A stretch of 61,190 nucleotides of DNA, filler included, from Ionaspis alba (GCA_964255285.1; 7 parts of 7 records of this genome joined end to end with filler, not necessarily neighbours in it), one strand, 5' to 3'; counted from the whole stretch's first letter, positions 13,235 through 26,197 are shown. Numbers and translations are program-made. The notes: generated by a model not told the origin, from the sequence alone.

Positions 13235-14407
13235 ATGAAGGTATGTCGAATACTACGCTTGACGCGCACAATGCACGTGGGCGCGTCCCCCTGTGAACGA
13301 GGAGTGCTTAATGCCTATATGCCGGACACACGACTGACAAGAGCTGCTATCAAGTACCTACCAATTCGCGAGTTCGACGACGTCACAAATGCGCTCAACT
13401 TCGATACGGCCGATTGCCATGTCGTAGGCGGGTGCGATCTTTACACAACGAAGGCCGCTGGGAGTGACAAGAAACTGTACAAAAATATTGAGCACTCTCT
13501 GGAGTCCCAGTATGAGTCGCTGCTACGGTTTTCCGCATCCCTTTCACCACCCCAGGCGAGCTCGGCCGCTGCATCCCTAAATCTGTCTCGCTCGAGCCCT
13601 TTTGGTCCGCTGAGCCAGATCTCCAGCCGTCGTACGTTTGCATATCTGATTGCAACGCTGAACGCGAGTCATCCAGATTATGACTTTTCACATCTGCTTC
13701 GACCGTCTGATTTTCGGCGCGAGAAGAGCTTAAGATCAGTGATGAACACACTCGATACAACGTTGTATAATCTTAGGCCGAGGCCGCTGAGCTCCTTTTT
13801 AGCTGGCCCTCCGCATTGGTCTCCGAGCGTGTCTTCGAGTGGGCCACCTACTCCAGGCGGTAGTCAGCCTTGGAGTCCGAAGATGTGGAGGGCCATTGAT
13901 AAGGAAATGAGTCTCAAAGAATGTAGCATTTACTGCTATTCTCCAGAAGACGATCCGTATGATGGCGAAGAAGGTGCAATATGGAGCTTCAACTACTTCT
14001 TCTTCAATAAGATTAAGAAGCGGGTGTGTTACATCTATTTGCGTGGGCTAAGCATCATCAGTCATAGCCCGGTCCAGAGAACCCCGATCTCCGCCATCAA
14101 ACGGAGTGCCGATGGTGCATGGGGCGGGATAAGTGACTCGGGTGCAAGCAAGCGAGCAAGATACTGGTTGGGCGATCGTGCTATTGGTGAGGTTACGAGT
14201 GGGTGGGACGAAGACGATGAGGTGGAGGAGGACGATATCGAGCTTTGGGGTGAAGAAGAGGACGATATAATGCCGGTCATTGGTGATGATGCCCGCAGGT
14301 ACGTGCTTAGTGCTGATGAAGGGGCCAGCCCTTGTAGCGGTCGCAGCCGGAGCAAGAGTACCGTACGGGGCATCAGTGAAGATATTGCAGAGTCTATGGA
14401 AATCTAA
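13235..14407 (+). CDS. MAF1: Repressor of RNA polymerase III transcription Maf1 (intron 13241-13354)
   Basis: MK|YLP start, GGCDLYTTKAAGSDKKLYK, SSPFGPLSQISSRRTFAYLIATLNASHPDYDFS, WSFNYFFFNKIKKRV and an acidic tail. Confidence 0.96.
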   Translation: MKVCRILRLTRTMHVGASPCERGVLNAYMPDTRLTRAAIKYLPIREFDDVTNALNFDTADCHVVGGCDLYTTKAAGSDKKLYKNIEHSLESQYESLLRFSASLSPPQASSAAASLNLSRSSPFGPLSQISSRRTFAYLIATLNASHPDYDFSHLLRPSDFRREKSLRSVMNTLDTTLYNLRPRPLSSFLAGPPHWSPSVSSSGPPTPGGSQPWSPKMWRAIDKEMSLKECSIYCYSPEDDPYDGEEGAIWSFNYFFFNKIKKRVCYIYLRGLSIISHSPVQRTPISAIKRSADGAWGGISDSGASKRARYWLGDRAIGEVTSGWDEDDEVEEDDIELWGEEEDDIMPVIGDDARRYVLSADEGASPCSGRSRSKSTVRGISEDIAESMEI

Positions 14408-14984
14408 TTTGTGTGTAATGACTTGTTTTGCAGCAAGGCGTGGCGGTGTTCAAGGACGTTAGGTAGTGTCGCGATGAGTTCTGGGGAATGGATTGTACCC
14501 AGTATTTCCTGCCGGGGACTGGCTGGTTTCAATTAGGGGAGTTTGTGGCCGTTTCAGGATACCGTGGTCATGGTCGGTGAGAGCGGCTCAGGGTCTGCGT
14601 GTATAACATCACCTTTGTTATGATACCATTGGAAGGGGCATCCTGTACATACTGGCTGGAGTTTTGCTCATGCTCCTGTCTCTTCTGTCTTTCTAAGCAC
14701 GGTCGACAGCTTTACCTCGCAAGGGTTCAGAACAGTCACCCATACTTCGTTCTGCGTTGAGCAACATGGAGTGCCTCGCCCTTAGTACTTTCCACAGGTA
14801 TCAGAATGCTGTGTTTGGCGCTTACATCAATCCGCTTGACAAAAAGGTAGCCAGACCGGTTTACCCACACTAAGTCATGTCTGTGCACACGTCCTGGGAT
14901 CTCAAGAATGACCACACCAGAGTGTGATATTGCTGCATTTGCGAATACACACCCGAGCAACCTTCTACTCAATCATTGGAAAAG

Positions 14985-16874
14985 CTATACATCGAAGATT
15001 TCCCCAGCTCCACCGCCTCCCATCCTCGTGTCTACGATGTCCAGACGCCATCCCTCCCACTCTTTCAGACCCCTCTTCACCTCCCTCACTCTCTCAATCC
15101 TCTTCCTCCCTTCCTCCTCCTGCGCCGCTCGAAAAGCATCCTCATCGAAACCCCCATCATCACTCGCCAAATCCAGACTGCTCCTCTCGCCTCCACCTGT
15201 AAGCGCACTAAAACCGCTACTCAGCACACCCGCAAAGCTCTGTCCTCTTCCGCCCTTAAAGCTCTGCCGCCGCAGCCCGCCCATCGGCCCACTCAGGTCG
15301 ACGTCGTCAAAGCCTCCGCCAGGACTGCCCGGCATCCCTTCCTCTCCACCCTGCAACTCCCTCTTCTTGTCCTTCCATACCCCCCTCCTCAGATCAAACA
15401 CTTCTCCCTCCAACTCCCGAACCCGTTCTTCGAGCCGCTTTCGCTCCTCATCCTCCAGCTCATCAAGTCCTTCATCGGCACCTCCTCCTCCCACGTTCCT
15501 CTTATGTAATCTTTCCCTCTCCTCCCTCAGTCTTGCATTCTCATTCCCAACCCCAACCATCCGCCTCCTCAATTCTGCAACCTCTTTCTCCGTCTTCTCT
15601 CTTTCCCGTTCCCCATGCTGCCGCCGCGCATCCGCCTCCTTGTGTAGCGTCGTTATAGCCGCTAATTTTTTTTCCAGCGTCTCGACGCGTTTGGTCGCCT
15701 CGTCAGCACTCTTTGCCGAAGCTTCGGCTTCCCGACTTAGTGTTCGGATTTTGGTCTCGGCGGACGTCCGCTCACTACCTTCTTTTACAGCCTTCTCGCT
15801 GGCGCGTTCGAGGTTCTTGCGCAGGTCAAGAAGTTCGCGTTGAGCGGCGCCAGCGGCGCTTTCGGCTCGGCGGAGTTTTTCTTCCAAAGCGGTCACTTGT
15901 TCGGAGTGGGTGGTCAGGGTGGTGGTTTGCTTGTCGAGTTGGGAGCGAAGGTTGGATATTTCCATCTCCATGGATTCGATGGTGGAGGATTTGGAGTCGA
16001 GTTGGGCTAGCAGCGTGTCCGGGGAAGAGCCGGTGGTAGCTTGGCTGGGAGAGGTGGAGTGGCGGGAGCCTTTCGAGGTTTGTGACTGCAAGTGGGAGTT
16101 CTGGCGTTGGAGAGAGGCTAGCTCTGATTTCTGGAGAACTCAATCAGAAAAGGAAGCGAGGATGTAGCTAGAGAGCTTACCAATTTGTTGATCTCATCCA
16201 GCCTCGAATCAGCCTTCTCAGCGCGAGCCTTGAGTTCTGCAGCTTGCCCACTGTTCTCTCGTAGCTCCTCTAACTCCTCCTCCGTCTTCCGCCACCTGCT
16301 CTCCGCTGTTTCGACCTCCCTAGCAAGGCGTTTGTTCTCCCTTTCCAACTCGTCAAGTCGGAAGGCTTGCTTTCTGTAGATTTCCGTGACTGCATCACCG
16401 TCAGGGCTCAATGCAGGTAGGTTGGGGTTTTTGCTGCTGGTTGTTGGAGAAAGAGGGCCTTGTGATCCAGAGGTACGACGGAACGAAGTACTGCGCATTC
16501 TCGACTGCAAGCTGAGGGAAGGTTGCCGAGCATGAGAGGGCTTCGGAGGGGTGGTTTGATCGAGCTCATCATCATTGTCCCTGTATTCATGTTCCTCAGT
16601 CTCCATTTTGGCCTCCGGTTCAGTAGTTTCATCGGCATTGGTTGTAATTGGCGGTGGTCCTTCCCCAGTTGCAGGCTTTTCCTCCTCACTCTTCTTTTCA
16701 CTTGGCTTCTTTCCTTTGTCCTTTTGCTTCTTAAGTTGTTCATACTAGTAATTCTGAATCAGCACATCCGGACGGATTTGCTTGAGCAGCGTGAGAGCTT
16801 TCACTCACCCTCTTCTTGGCTGCCGCAACCTTTTCAGCTTTCGCGGCCTTTTCCTTCTCAGTAGCGTCTGCCAT
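14985..16874 (-). CDS. Conserved fungal coiled-coil protein (often labelled 'M protein repeat protein'), 3 exons
   Basis: MADATEKEKAAKAEKVAAAKKR start, long heptad-rich E/K/R stretches and the C-terminus RIERVREVKRGLKEWEGWRLDIVDTR...GEIFDV. ORF pieces are joined by GT-AG introns. Confidence 0.8.
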
Positions 16875-17126
16875 CGCGAGAAAGTTAATTATGAGCCTAT
16901 AAAGCTGCTGTCGAAGGTCAAATGGTCGTACGCTGCGGATGCGCTTCTGCCTTGTTGACACTCGGCCTTGAGATGTCAGCCCTACGAGTCAAGGGTGCCG
17001 TAATTTTAGCGGCTTGAATTTCGTGCATGGTAACAATGCGAATATGTGGGCGAGCATGTCTGTTTCGCTGCTCACAAGTTCACCATTCTCTTGTATCTAA
17101 AGTCTCGCCAATATGCCCAAGGCCCA

Positions 17127-17435
17127 CTATAAGCCTCTCCTTCTTTCCTTCCACTTCTTAATCCTACGCCGTAAATCTCCTTCACCCTGTTGGTACGGGT
17201 TGAGCTTCCTATCCATGACCATCCGGCTATAATCGTCTCCATATCTCTCCACTAATTTTGATATCCATTCTTCCTCTCTCCGACTCTGTTGCCGAGGTCT
17301 TTGCTTGATCTCCATCAACGCCTGTTCCTCCAGTTCTCCCACAATTCCACGACTTTTGGAAAGAGGAGTAGCATGAATGCTTTCTCTATCGGAAAACGCA
17401 TTTAACGGGTCGTCAAGGGGGTTTTGGGCTTCTGA
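17127..17435 (-). CDS. NOP16: Nucleolar protein Nop16, 3' fragment (5' part lost at contig edge)
   Basis: RQQSRREEEWISKLVERYGDDYSRMVMDRKLNPYQQGEGDLRRRIKKW matches the Nop16 C-terminal signature. Confidence 0.88.
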   Translation of the reverse strand, partial: SEAQNPLDDPLNAFSDRESIHATPLSKSRGIVGELEEQALMEIKQRPRQQSRREEEWISKLVERYGDDYSRMVMDRKLNPYQQGEGDLRRRIKKWKERRRGL

Positions 17436-17535
17436 NNNNNNNNNNNNNNNNNNNNNNNNNNNNNNNNNNNNNNNNNNNNTTAATTAATTAANNNNNNNNN
17501 NNNNNNNNNNNNNNNNNNNNNNNNNNNNNNNNNNN
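17436..17535. other. Artificial contig linker
   Basis: N run with TTAATTAATTAA. Confidence 0.99.
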
Positions 17536-17666
17536 ATAATCAAAGCACAAGTCAAAGCCAATTCAACTCAAACGCCAGGTATCAAGTGTGGTCTTTGCAT
17601 CATCATAACCACCTCGATTCATACAACTCCCCCTTCCCCAATATACCCGTCCATCCGTCCATCCAT

Positions 17667-19522
17667 CTAGTGTCCACCAATCTGACCTCTCGGAATCGGT
17701 CTAATCCAGCTCAACGACAAATTAATCGCAATGGTCATGATGCCAATAATCCAAAACACCTTCCCGTAATTCTTGCCATTATAGCGGAAAATAATCGCAA
17801 AGACGATACCGCCGAGATTGCCCGAAGCGCCGGTGACACCGGAGACGATACCTGCACCACACGAACCCCAGTCAGCCAAATCCATTGTACATTCCCAGCT
17901 CCTCCTCCCGACACAGCAGTGCAAAGGAAAGGTATATTGACAATGTGCAGAAAGAAAGAAGCAAAACTCACCATTAGCAAAAGGATGCACATGCGGCACC
18001 AACGAAAAGTTAGCCCCATTGCCCGCCTCCAAAAAGAACGCCATGCCCGCAATAAGGCCAAACATGGTATTCTGATCCTTCGAATTCGTCACCCCGATCG
18101 CAATCAAAAAAGCCCCCGTCACAAGCGCAAGCCCATGCAGCAAGAACTTCTTCCCCCAAACGCCCGTCCGGCGATAAATGAAATCGGAAATCACCCCGCC
18201 GAGAGGGCGAAAAACCACATTCAACAACCCAAACATAGCGGCCCAATTCCCCGTCCCCGTCTGGCCCAGCGTCGGGAAATTAGTCAGGTAGTAAGCCCCA
18301 AGAATGGAATTGACCGCCAACTCCGCGCCAAAAGAGCAAAAGTATCCACCAGCGAGGACGAGCGTCTGAGCGGAGACGATAACAGGAATGGCTTCCTTGA
18401 ATGAGGGCTTCACAACTACCTCCCCGCGCGCCGTATCCAGCATATCCTGCTCGGGGAGATGGGCCTCATGATCAGCGACGGGACCGTCATGTTTCCCCGT
18501 AGCTTTGAAGCCGAGTTTCTCCTGGGAGTCATGAGAGGGGCTGGCGGAGCCATGGGATGCGGGTTTGCGGTCGGCGAAAGAACCCGGGACGTCGACGACG
18601 TCACCGGTGATGCCGTGGGAGGCGAGGTTTTGCTGGGTGTGGAGATGCCTCTCGGACCATTTCCCTGTCGGAGTATCCGGACACAGGAGCAGCATCGCTA
18701 TCGCCGTGGCAGTGATGAGAATGAAAGGCACGATAAAAGCAACACGCCAGGCGACGTGTGCGGAAAGACCTTGGTGCAGGACCAGGGAGTCGAAAATCGC
18801 CGGCATGAGGAAATAAGTGATGCCGCCGCCCGCGTTGCCGAAACCGCCTGTCAAGGCGTTGGCTGTGCCGACGATGTTTTTGTCGAAGAAGCCGGTCGAC
18901 CAGACTTGGCAGGGGACGAAACTCCCGCCCAGGATCCCGATGAAGAAGCGCAGAGCCAAGAGTCCGGAGACATTGGTTACGGCCCCGGCAAGGGCGGTCG
19001 GGATGGCGCCTGCGAGGAGGCAGCCGGCGAAGGTGTAACGGGGGCCGAAGCGGTCGCAGGCGGGACCGGCGACGAGGCGGATGAGGAGGCTGGTGGTGGC
19101 GGTCAGTGGGTGTTGGGGCCGGAGTAGGGGTGGGCTTACGTGGCGACGAGGGAGATGATGTTGGAGTTAGCGATGTCGACGGTGGTGAGTTTGAGGTCTT
19201 GGGCGATGGTAAGGGTTAGCTGGTGAGGGTGTTAGACTCTTTGTTTATCTTGAGGGAAGGTGGTGGAGCTGGTGTTTTGGGTACTCACGAGTGGTGGAAA
19301 CGCGTACCTGTTGAGCTTGTTAGTTTTCTCGCTTAGATTGATGATGATGAAAGAGTGTTGAGTTGAGACTCACCATGACCAGAAAGCGATCATGAAACCG
19401 AACCATGCGAATGAGAAGACACGTCCGTAGACATTGACGGGGTTGAAGGCTGGAATCGAGCGTGCTTTTCGATTGATGGGGTTCACCTCAGGTGCCCGCC
19501 ATAGGAGGGTGAAGTCCAACAT
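17667..19522 (-). CDS. High-affinity nitrate/nitrite transporter (MFS, NNP family; CrnA/NrtA-like), multi-exon
   Basis: N-terminus [34 protein letters not shown]; nitrate signature motifs [16 protein letters not shown] and [17 protein letters not shown] and [16 protein letters not shown]. Confidence 0.93.
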
Positions 19523-19694
19523 GGTGGTGTACAATCAAGTGTATGACGAGAAGAGTCAAGCTTGGCGAGATCAAAGGGCAATGAAGTGAGCCGACTGCCT
19601 TGAAACCCTTCAAGATCTCGTCTATCGTTCCGTAGAGAAGTGAAGAAGGAAGGTCCGGGATGTCGAAGCAGAGAGCGCCAGGACCTTATTATAC

Positions 19695-20994
19695 TTATCA
19701 GGCCCACCCAATCCCACCTCCTCCACGCCGAGCAAAACAAGAGCAGAAAAATAAAACTGGAGCTCTAAGCTTCTCCGGCCAAAAATCCCCTACACGAAAA
19801 GCGTAATTCCGCGGGTGATCTTGACAGGACGATCGTTCCTAGGATTTCCAATTGTCTGCGACCCAAAACCGCTAGGATTCTCCAGACGGACGGCCGGGCT
19901 TAGGCGAATTGGACGAGAACGCTTGGCCTGATAAGGAGGTGTACGATTGCCAGGTCTGGCCCGAAAGAGATGGTTGTCAGATCTTCAGATGTGGCTGCCG
20001 GGTCCTTGAAAGAAAGGTCTGTCACACACAATGTGTATGTCTGTTCGGCGATATTGGGCGAGTTGGTGCAGTCCCGAGGGAGTGGCAGGTGGGTATCTGA
20101 TTTGAATGATTGCCGATGATTGTAACGGAGCTCATGCAGAGAGAGCGTGCGAGGGTGCGTTGCTGGGAAAAGCTGGGGCGTACGAGAAAGAGAGAGAGGA
20201 GATTGGAGTAGTACAGAGGTACAGCGATAGGGACAGGGTAAAGCAGGAACGAGAGAAATGCCGTAGCACGAGCTGCCTTAGTTCAAGCAAGGGAAGGAGG
20301 GAAAAGGATTCGACCACGATGATTGCGTTGTTGTTTGAACGAGTGAATGATGGGACGGCCGGGGATACCTCGCGCACGCACGTTACGACAACGCGCATGG
20401 ACTACGAGAAGCCCGTTCGGGACCCAACCAGATTACCAGACAGCCACCCGCCCACCAAGCAACCATCATACGGCAACGAGGTCCATATGCAGTGAATACT
20501 GGGGGGTGGGTGTTCTCAGCCAGGAAATGAGGAATTTGGTGAAAGGAGGGCAGAAACGCCCTGAGATTCGTCGAAGGCAGCACAAGCGGAAGGAATCTCT
20601 TATCTTTGGGCTGGCGTTGGATGCGTGTGGATCTTTGATAAGGCCCCTGTCGCGCCCAACATCATAATCCCACAAGCAGAGAGGGAATTTCAGCTTCTAC
20701 CAACCAAACGAAAAGATATATATGTAGTCCATCTCCGCGGCGTCTGAGTAGTTATCTGGGTCTTCGGGGTTCTGGCTATGCTGGAAGTATTTGATATTCT
20801 GTGTCTTGGCGAGTCGTCTCTTGTATGGCCGTCTTTCGAGCAAAAAGTACTTGTGAACGGGAGTGGAAAATCGCGCCAAGGGAAGAGAATATTGGCACCG
20901 ATAACTGTCTAGATGGTGGGAAATGATCAAAGGATTGGCGATCTGGATCGATCAGACGTGCCGCTTTCACTAGATACCACTGTTGCCCTTATCG
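19695..20994. promoter_or_regulatory. Nitrate-transporter upstream region with a NirA-consensus site and multiple GATA (AreA-type) sites
   Basis: CTCCGCGG at 20733-20740 (NirA consensus CTCCGHGG) and a near-match TTCCGCGG at 19807-19814. HGATAA sites on either strand at about 19695, 19929, 20600, 20636, 20752, 20899 and 20989. Confidence 0.55.
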
Positions 20995-21202
20995 CCCTCG
21001 GTTTGGTTGGCCGATGCCACATGCTCTTTGACCTCTTCGTCTACTCTGTCGTTGGAGTTGAGTTTACAAGCTTCCGGCGGCGTACTCAGGTCTACACCTA
21101 GCGTACTCGTAACTACGCAATCGTGCATGTTCAACCATTATTGCAGCATGACGGTCTCACTACTGCGACTTCTTGTACCCATTTTACGATCGGTAACGGT
21201 GG

Positions 21203-21228
21203 CTTCTTCTTCTTCTTCTTCTTCTTCT
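21203..21228 (+). repeat. (CTT)n microsatellite, about 8 units
   Basis: cttcttcttcttcttcttcttcttct, read directly. Confidence 0.9.
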
Positions 21229-21343
21229 AATCCAAATTCATCGGTAAAGGTCTAATACGCGTTTCATCGTCTTTCGGTCGTCTTGATCCGACGTCCATGA
21301 TAATTCAACTCAATCTCATGTCCTTTTCTTGCCTTCCGTTCCG

Positions 21344-22925
21344 CTACCATCCTCGACATCTCACCCATACATCCACGATCTTATCACGAGCATCATCAGG
21401 CCCATCCGAGTCAACCACCAAGTAGAAGCCAAACCCAGCTCCTGCGATACAAGCATGATTAGGCCAGATCCTGATCTTCTGTCCCACTTTCAAACCTGAA
21501 GCAAGACCACTTTCTGATATTGGTTGCAATATCCCATGTTCTTGACTGACCCGAGCTACTTTCCATCCAGTCGCACGTTCCATGGGATGTGACGGTGAAT
21601 GCCCCCAGTCACTCACGATACCCCAACCATCGTACGACTTGCACGGTTCACGGCCCAGAGCAAGAGATCCTGCTGCAATCAGTCTTTCCACTGGCTCTCT
21701 GTCCGAGTACTCACTCGCAACTTCAGCGAGGATGGTCAGGGCAATGTCAGAGTACGACAGGCTTGACGTGTCAACATCCAGGATTGAATGGGTCGCTGAG
21801 GGACTGGCTTTCGTGGCCAATTGCTGCATATCCAAAAACGGATAGACTCCTGCGTGAACTTCGAGTGTGTAGTCTGTGGCAACGTCTTCAATGAGCTCTT
21901 TGAGGCGAATCTGGGGTATTCCCTTGTCTTCATCGCGGAGATATGCCAGGGTCTGGATCGACGTGGCTGAAGGCGTTGCTCCCACGGATAACGTGAATCG
22001 ACGATTGCGTAGTTCCTGTGTGGTAGAAACATGCTTGGCAAGATTTACAGCAAGGTGGAGACCGGTGATTTCGTCATGCAGACATTGTGCTGCTCCAGAC
22101 TTGGAGCTCACGCCATAGCTGTGACCTGCGTGACTGTAGAGCCCCTCGAGCCGATAGCCTTGTTTATTCTCGGAAACGTTGATCTCTTTAATTAGATCCG
22201 TGAGAGCGTTGGATAATGGAGAGACACCTGCTCTCCCGTATCCAGTGTTAACCTTGATGAAGACCCCAATCTCAAAACCAGTGATTGCTTTGAATACAGC
22301 AAGCGGGCGTAGTTGGTCCAAATGATCAATCATCACACTGATGCTTTCCTGGCCGAGCTTCGCACCTAAGGCAGCCAAACGATAGATCTGAGATGGTGGT
22401 AACGGGAGACCGTACAAGACCTACGGCGAATATTAAGAGATCACTGAAGCAGATATATGTCTTTCAGATGTCACCCACATTCACAGAACGACCGTAGCCT
22501 TTGCACTCCAAAAGAAACGGTAGGAGGTACTCAACCTCATTAACAGTTGAGACCACAAGGTTGACATTCTTTGACTCATGTCCTACTTGCAATCGAGTAC
22601 CTTCTATGGTCTTGCATAAAGATCAGCTACATTGAAGGAAAGGGGAACGGCGAAGCAGTATCAGAAGATAGGACAAATATTATAGGAAATGATACAGGAG
22701 GGTGACACGAGTAGAAGAAAGAGAAGTCACCTTATGAGTCTTCACATGCGGTCGAAACTGGATCTTGAGCTTCTTGCAGGTCTCCAGAATCTGCGAACAA
22801 TTGCGTTTGACGACGGCTCTGTCTAGAACTGCTGCAGGAGTCGGAACATCGCCAAGGGTCTTACCCACATAGAGAGCTTGCAATTGGGCTTTGGAAGGCA
22901 CGGGATATAGCATATTATTCTCCAT
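21344..22925 (-). CDS. DSD1: D-serine dehydratase / D-threonine aldolase-like PLP enzyme (alanine racemase fold), 3 exons
   Basis: VPTPAAVLD, PLP-lysine motif FRPHVKTHK, GYGRAGV, YSHAGHSY, SVGATPS, EVHAGVYPFLDMQQL, SQEHGIL and WPNHACIAG. Introns at about 22730-22611 and 22478-22421. Confidence 0.9.
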
Positions 22926-23838
22926 CTTTGCATGAAAGTCTATAACTGTAGGCGATAGCTTCAAAATACTTCTCGAACAGGTCAAACAGGTCGGGAGATC
23001 CCCCCGAACCCCAACCGTGGCTGCAGCTGCCAGCAAGTCGATCAACTAAAGTAAAGCCAGCTGTAGCTCTATCATAGGACGCCCGAGGCATCGTTTCCCC
23101 TCAGTAAACCTAATATTCAATAAAACGGCTGAAGGACACCACTAAGTGGTAGACTCGTGACCAATGAGATCATAGCGTACTGGTGTCTTCGTTTCTGGCT
23201 GTTGACTTTCGGGGTCAATATAGAGAACAATCAATCATATCGCGTTGAGGGTATCTCGGAATGCACAGAGAGGAGGTGTTTAAGCTCTAGTTGACCTAAA
23301 TTCTGCTCAAGCACGACGGAAAGTGACGCGTTCTAACAATTCAGATCTAGGCGGCTTGTGCGCAAACTCGTAGCGCAAAACACAAAGGAGCCATTCTAAA
23401 ATTGGTGCACCACCACGAGCCGTGTGTAACGATTCTCACTGTCAAAGTTTGAGAGCAGTGGCTTTAGGGCCAGAATCCCACTGACAGTGTCTGGTACCAG
23501 CATTTCCTACTCATTGACCGCTGTGCCGGCGTCGGTAGACATCTTGCGCTTTTCTGGATCGGCAGAGTTTGAGTGACACGGCAGTAGCACGAATTCAGTG
23601 GAGCGCATGGGACAACCGGCATAGGCTTCGAGGCTCCCACTTCAGGTCATGACGAACTCTTCCAATATCCTTCACATCGTTCCATCCATCGAACATGGTC
23701 TGTCAACATCTGAAGCCTGACAAACGTTGTATTCTGTCTCATCACTACTGTCTCAGTTGACGCGCCGGCCTCTGAGACCGGATAGCCATACACCCACACG
23801 CTCGCGGCACAGCAATCGTAACACCTTGATCCTACCTT

Positions 23839-26197
23839 ATGGCCTACACAGTACCGGGAGAAGGGGAATGGCTCTCCTCGAACGGCCATGAGTCAAGCGA
23901 TGTGAAAGATGAGACTGCGAGTTCGTTGGACAACCAACCGCCAGCGCATCCCGTTCCGACGATGCAAGGTGCTTTCGAAGAATCCATGATGGAGACCATG
24001 ACCGAGGTCGAGGAGCCCGAAGCGAATAATCGGTACTCGACCGCCGACTCCATGAGCCGTCGCAAAATGCTGCTCGAGCAGGACAAGTATGAACGAACTG
24101 TCGCAGGACGATGGAAACAAAAGCCCGGCGAACGGTTTCACCCTCTCTGGAAATTGATCGCCCAGATCTCGTTTGGAATGCACTTGTTACAGCAGGGTTT
24201 GGCGAAATCGGACGACGAGGTGATCAAGATTCTACAAACACACGTCGATGAAGTAGATGGATTCTTGGAGCGGACGACGGAGGATTTCGATCTTGCGCAG
24301 AATGACATCCATGAGCGCATCGTCTACTTGCGGCTTCCTCTCGAGCACGGTGATGTTTTCGATACTATGCTCGATGACCGGGAGTTCAGAACAGCTATTG
24401 TGGAGGGCAACGAGAAGATCGAGCACATTGTCGACCGCACAGCTGTAGCAATGAAAGATGCTCTTAAGGATGTTCAGAAAGGCCTCGACGCAACAAGAGA
24501 ATTGGCTAGGTATCTTACAAGACTGGATAAAAAGTGGGAGGATCGAACCAGGGAACATGCAGGAGTATTCATGGCCATGATGGGAAACACCGAAGGATGG
24601 AGCGGCGCTTTCATGACGCTGCAGCAGAAGGGGCATGCGTTGGGGATCTCGCTGGTACAGCTTGGAGGTATCATTGCTGAGATGCAAAGAAGGGCTGGCA
24701 TCGCTAGTCGGAGGAACGTGGTAAGCCAATCCGTATATCTAATTACCGTGACTGTGCTTATTTTCCTCCTAGTCTGCACCTCGGTCTATTGACGGCAAAT
24801 ATTTCATGGAGCCAAAATCAAACACGACAAGTCCTCGATACTCCTACACTCCGCCCGACTCTCCTCACAAACCCCTTCCTCGAGCTCCTGCAGTGGTTGC
24901 TGGCTCGACAAACAATTCCACTCCTCACACACAACCCAGACAAGCTTCGAATTTGTCCGTCGAGTTCGAACCCAAGCAGACCAATGGAAAGCCAGCCAAC
25001 TCCAAAACGCCGTCAAAGCTTCAGAAAAAGTCGTCCAAGAACAACGTGAAGGGCAAATCTGCATCACCGCCACAACCGACGACGGAACACGCAACATCGC
25101 AAATCCACTTAACCAAGTCTGTTTCTCCACAAACGTCTACGGCACCAGCCAAAGAGCCCTCTCGCAAGGTGTCTTTCTCAGAGCGGACTCGATCGCTGAC
25201 GCGAAAATTGTCATTCTTCAAAGATTCGGAGGAGTCTGGTAACCACGAGTTGCCTCCTCCCAATGATACGCGTGCTGAGAAGCCCCAAATGACTCCTCCG
25301 CGCAGCTTGGGAAGTAGAACCCCAATGTCCAATTCCTGGGCAACATCTTCGTCACCCAACCACCATCGAGCGCAGTCACGAGAAGAAGTGCCAACTATCC
25401 CACAAACGCCTCGGAAAAAGGTGGTTCTATCATCTCTGGATGCGGAAAACCCAATTGCCGACGAAGACACCATCTTCTCCCTTCTAGCGCACCCAAGTTC
25501 GCCGGGCCCTCGACCGGATTCAAGCCGCTCATCATTCTCGGCTCGACGGCAGATGAAAGCCAGGGTTGTCATGGAGGATGCCGATGAAGGCTCAGTCAAT
25601 CGAGCTCATCCACTGCTGAAGGATCTCAAAGCTAAGGAGGTCCGGTTCACTAGTACAGCGCCGGGCACTCCTTCAAAATCAGTCCAACGAGACCTTCCAC
25701 TCCGGCATTATCGAAGCCAAGAATCTCTATCGATGACAAAAGTAACAAATGGTCAAGCCAGAATCCTGAATATCCCAAAACGTTCAAGCTCCGTGCGCAC
25801 AACTCCTTCAACGTCTTACACAACTCCAGCCACAAAGTCTCCGAAGAATTCGCCGGGCATAGCATCTTCAGGCCAACCATCCTCATTATACCCCTCGGAA
25901 GGCAAAGCATCCAGCCCCGCATCCTCCAACCTCTGGGCCGAATTCTCAAGTAACGGCCGACCATCCTCAACCCAGCCCTCAGAAGGCCAACCCTCCGCCC
26001 GAGCCTCATCCACCGCCTACCCACCCGACATTCCCACGCACTCCTCCTCGATCTATTCTCCCGACCCAGAATCCACCACCCACTCACCCGAAACCAAATC
26101 CTCCCTCCTCTTCGCCTCTCCTACCCACATGACCCTACTCTCACCCGCCCCCGAAAAATCCTCCGCAACCCCCTCACCCCTTCACATCGCCGTGAAG
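23839..26197 (+). CDS. Conserved fungal hypothetical protein: helical N-terminal domain plus a long S/P/T-rich disordered tail; 3' end truncated
   Basis: ORFs 23839-24792 and 24806- are joined in frame by intron 24721-24772 (GTAAGC..TAG). The N-terminal block GRWKQKPGERFHPLWKLIAQISFGMHLL looks conserved. Confidence 0.75.

Noticed and set aside
14908..15843. 311-aa Ser/Pro/Leu-rich plus-strand ORF
   Set aside because: Antisense to the purine-rich coiled-coil gene; a compositional artefact.
17586..19127. Plus-strand ORFs of 272 and 222 aa
   Set aside because: Antisense to the nitrate transporter in GC-rich sequence.
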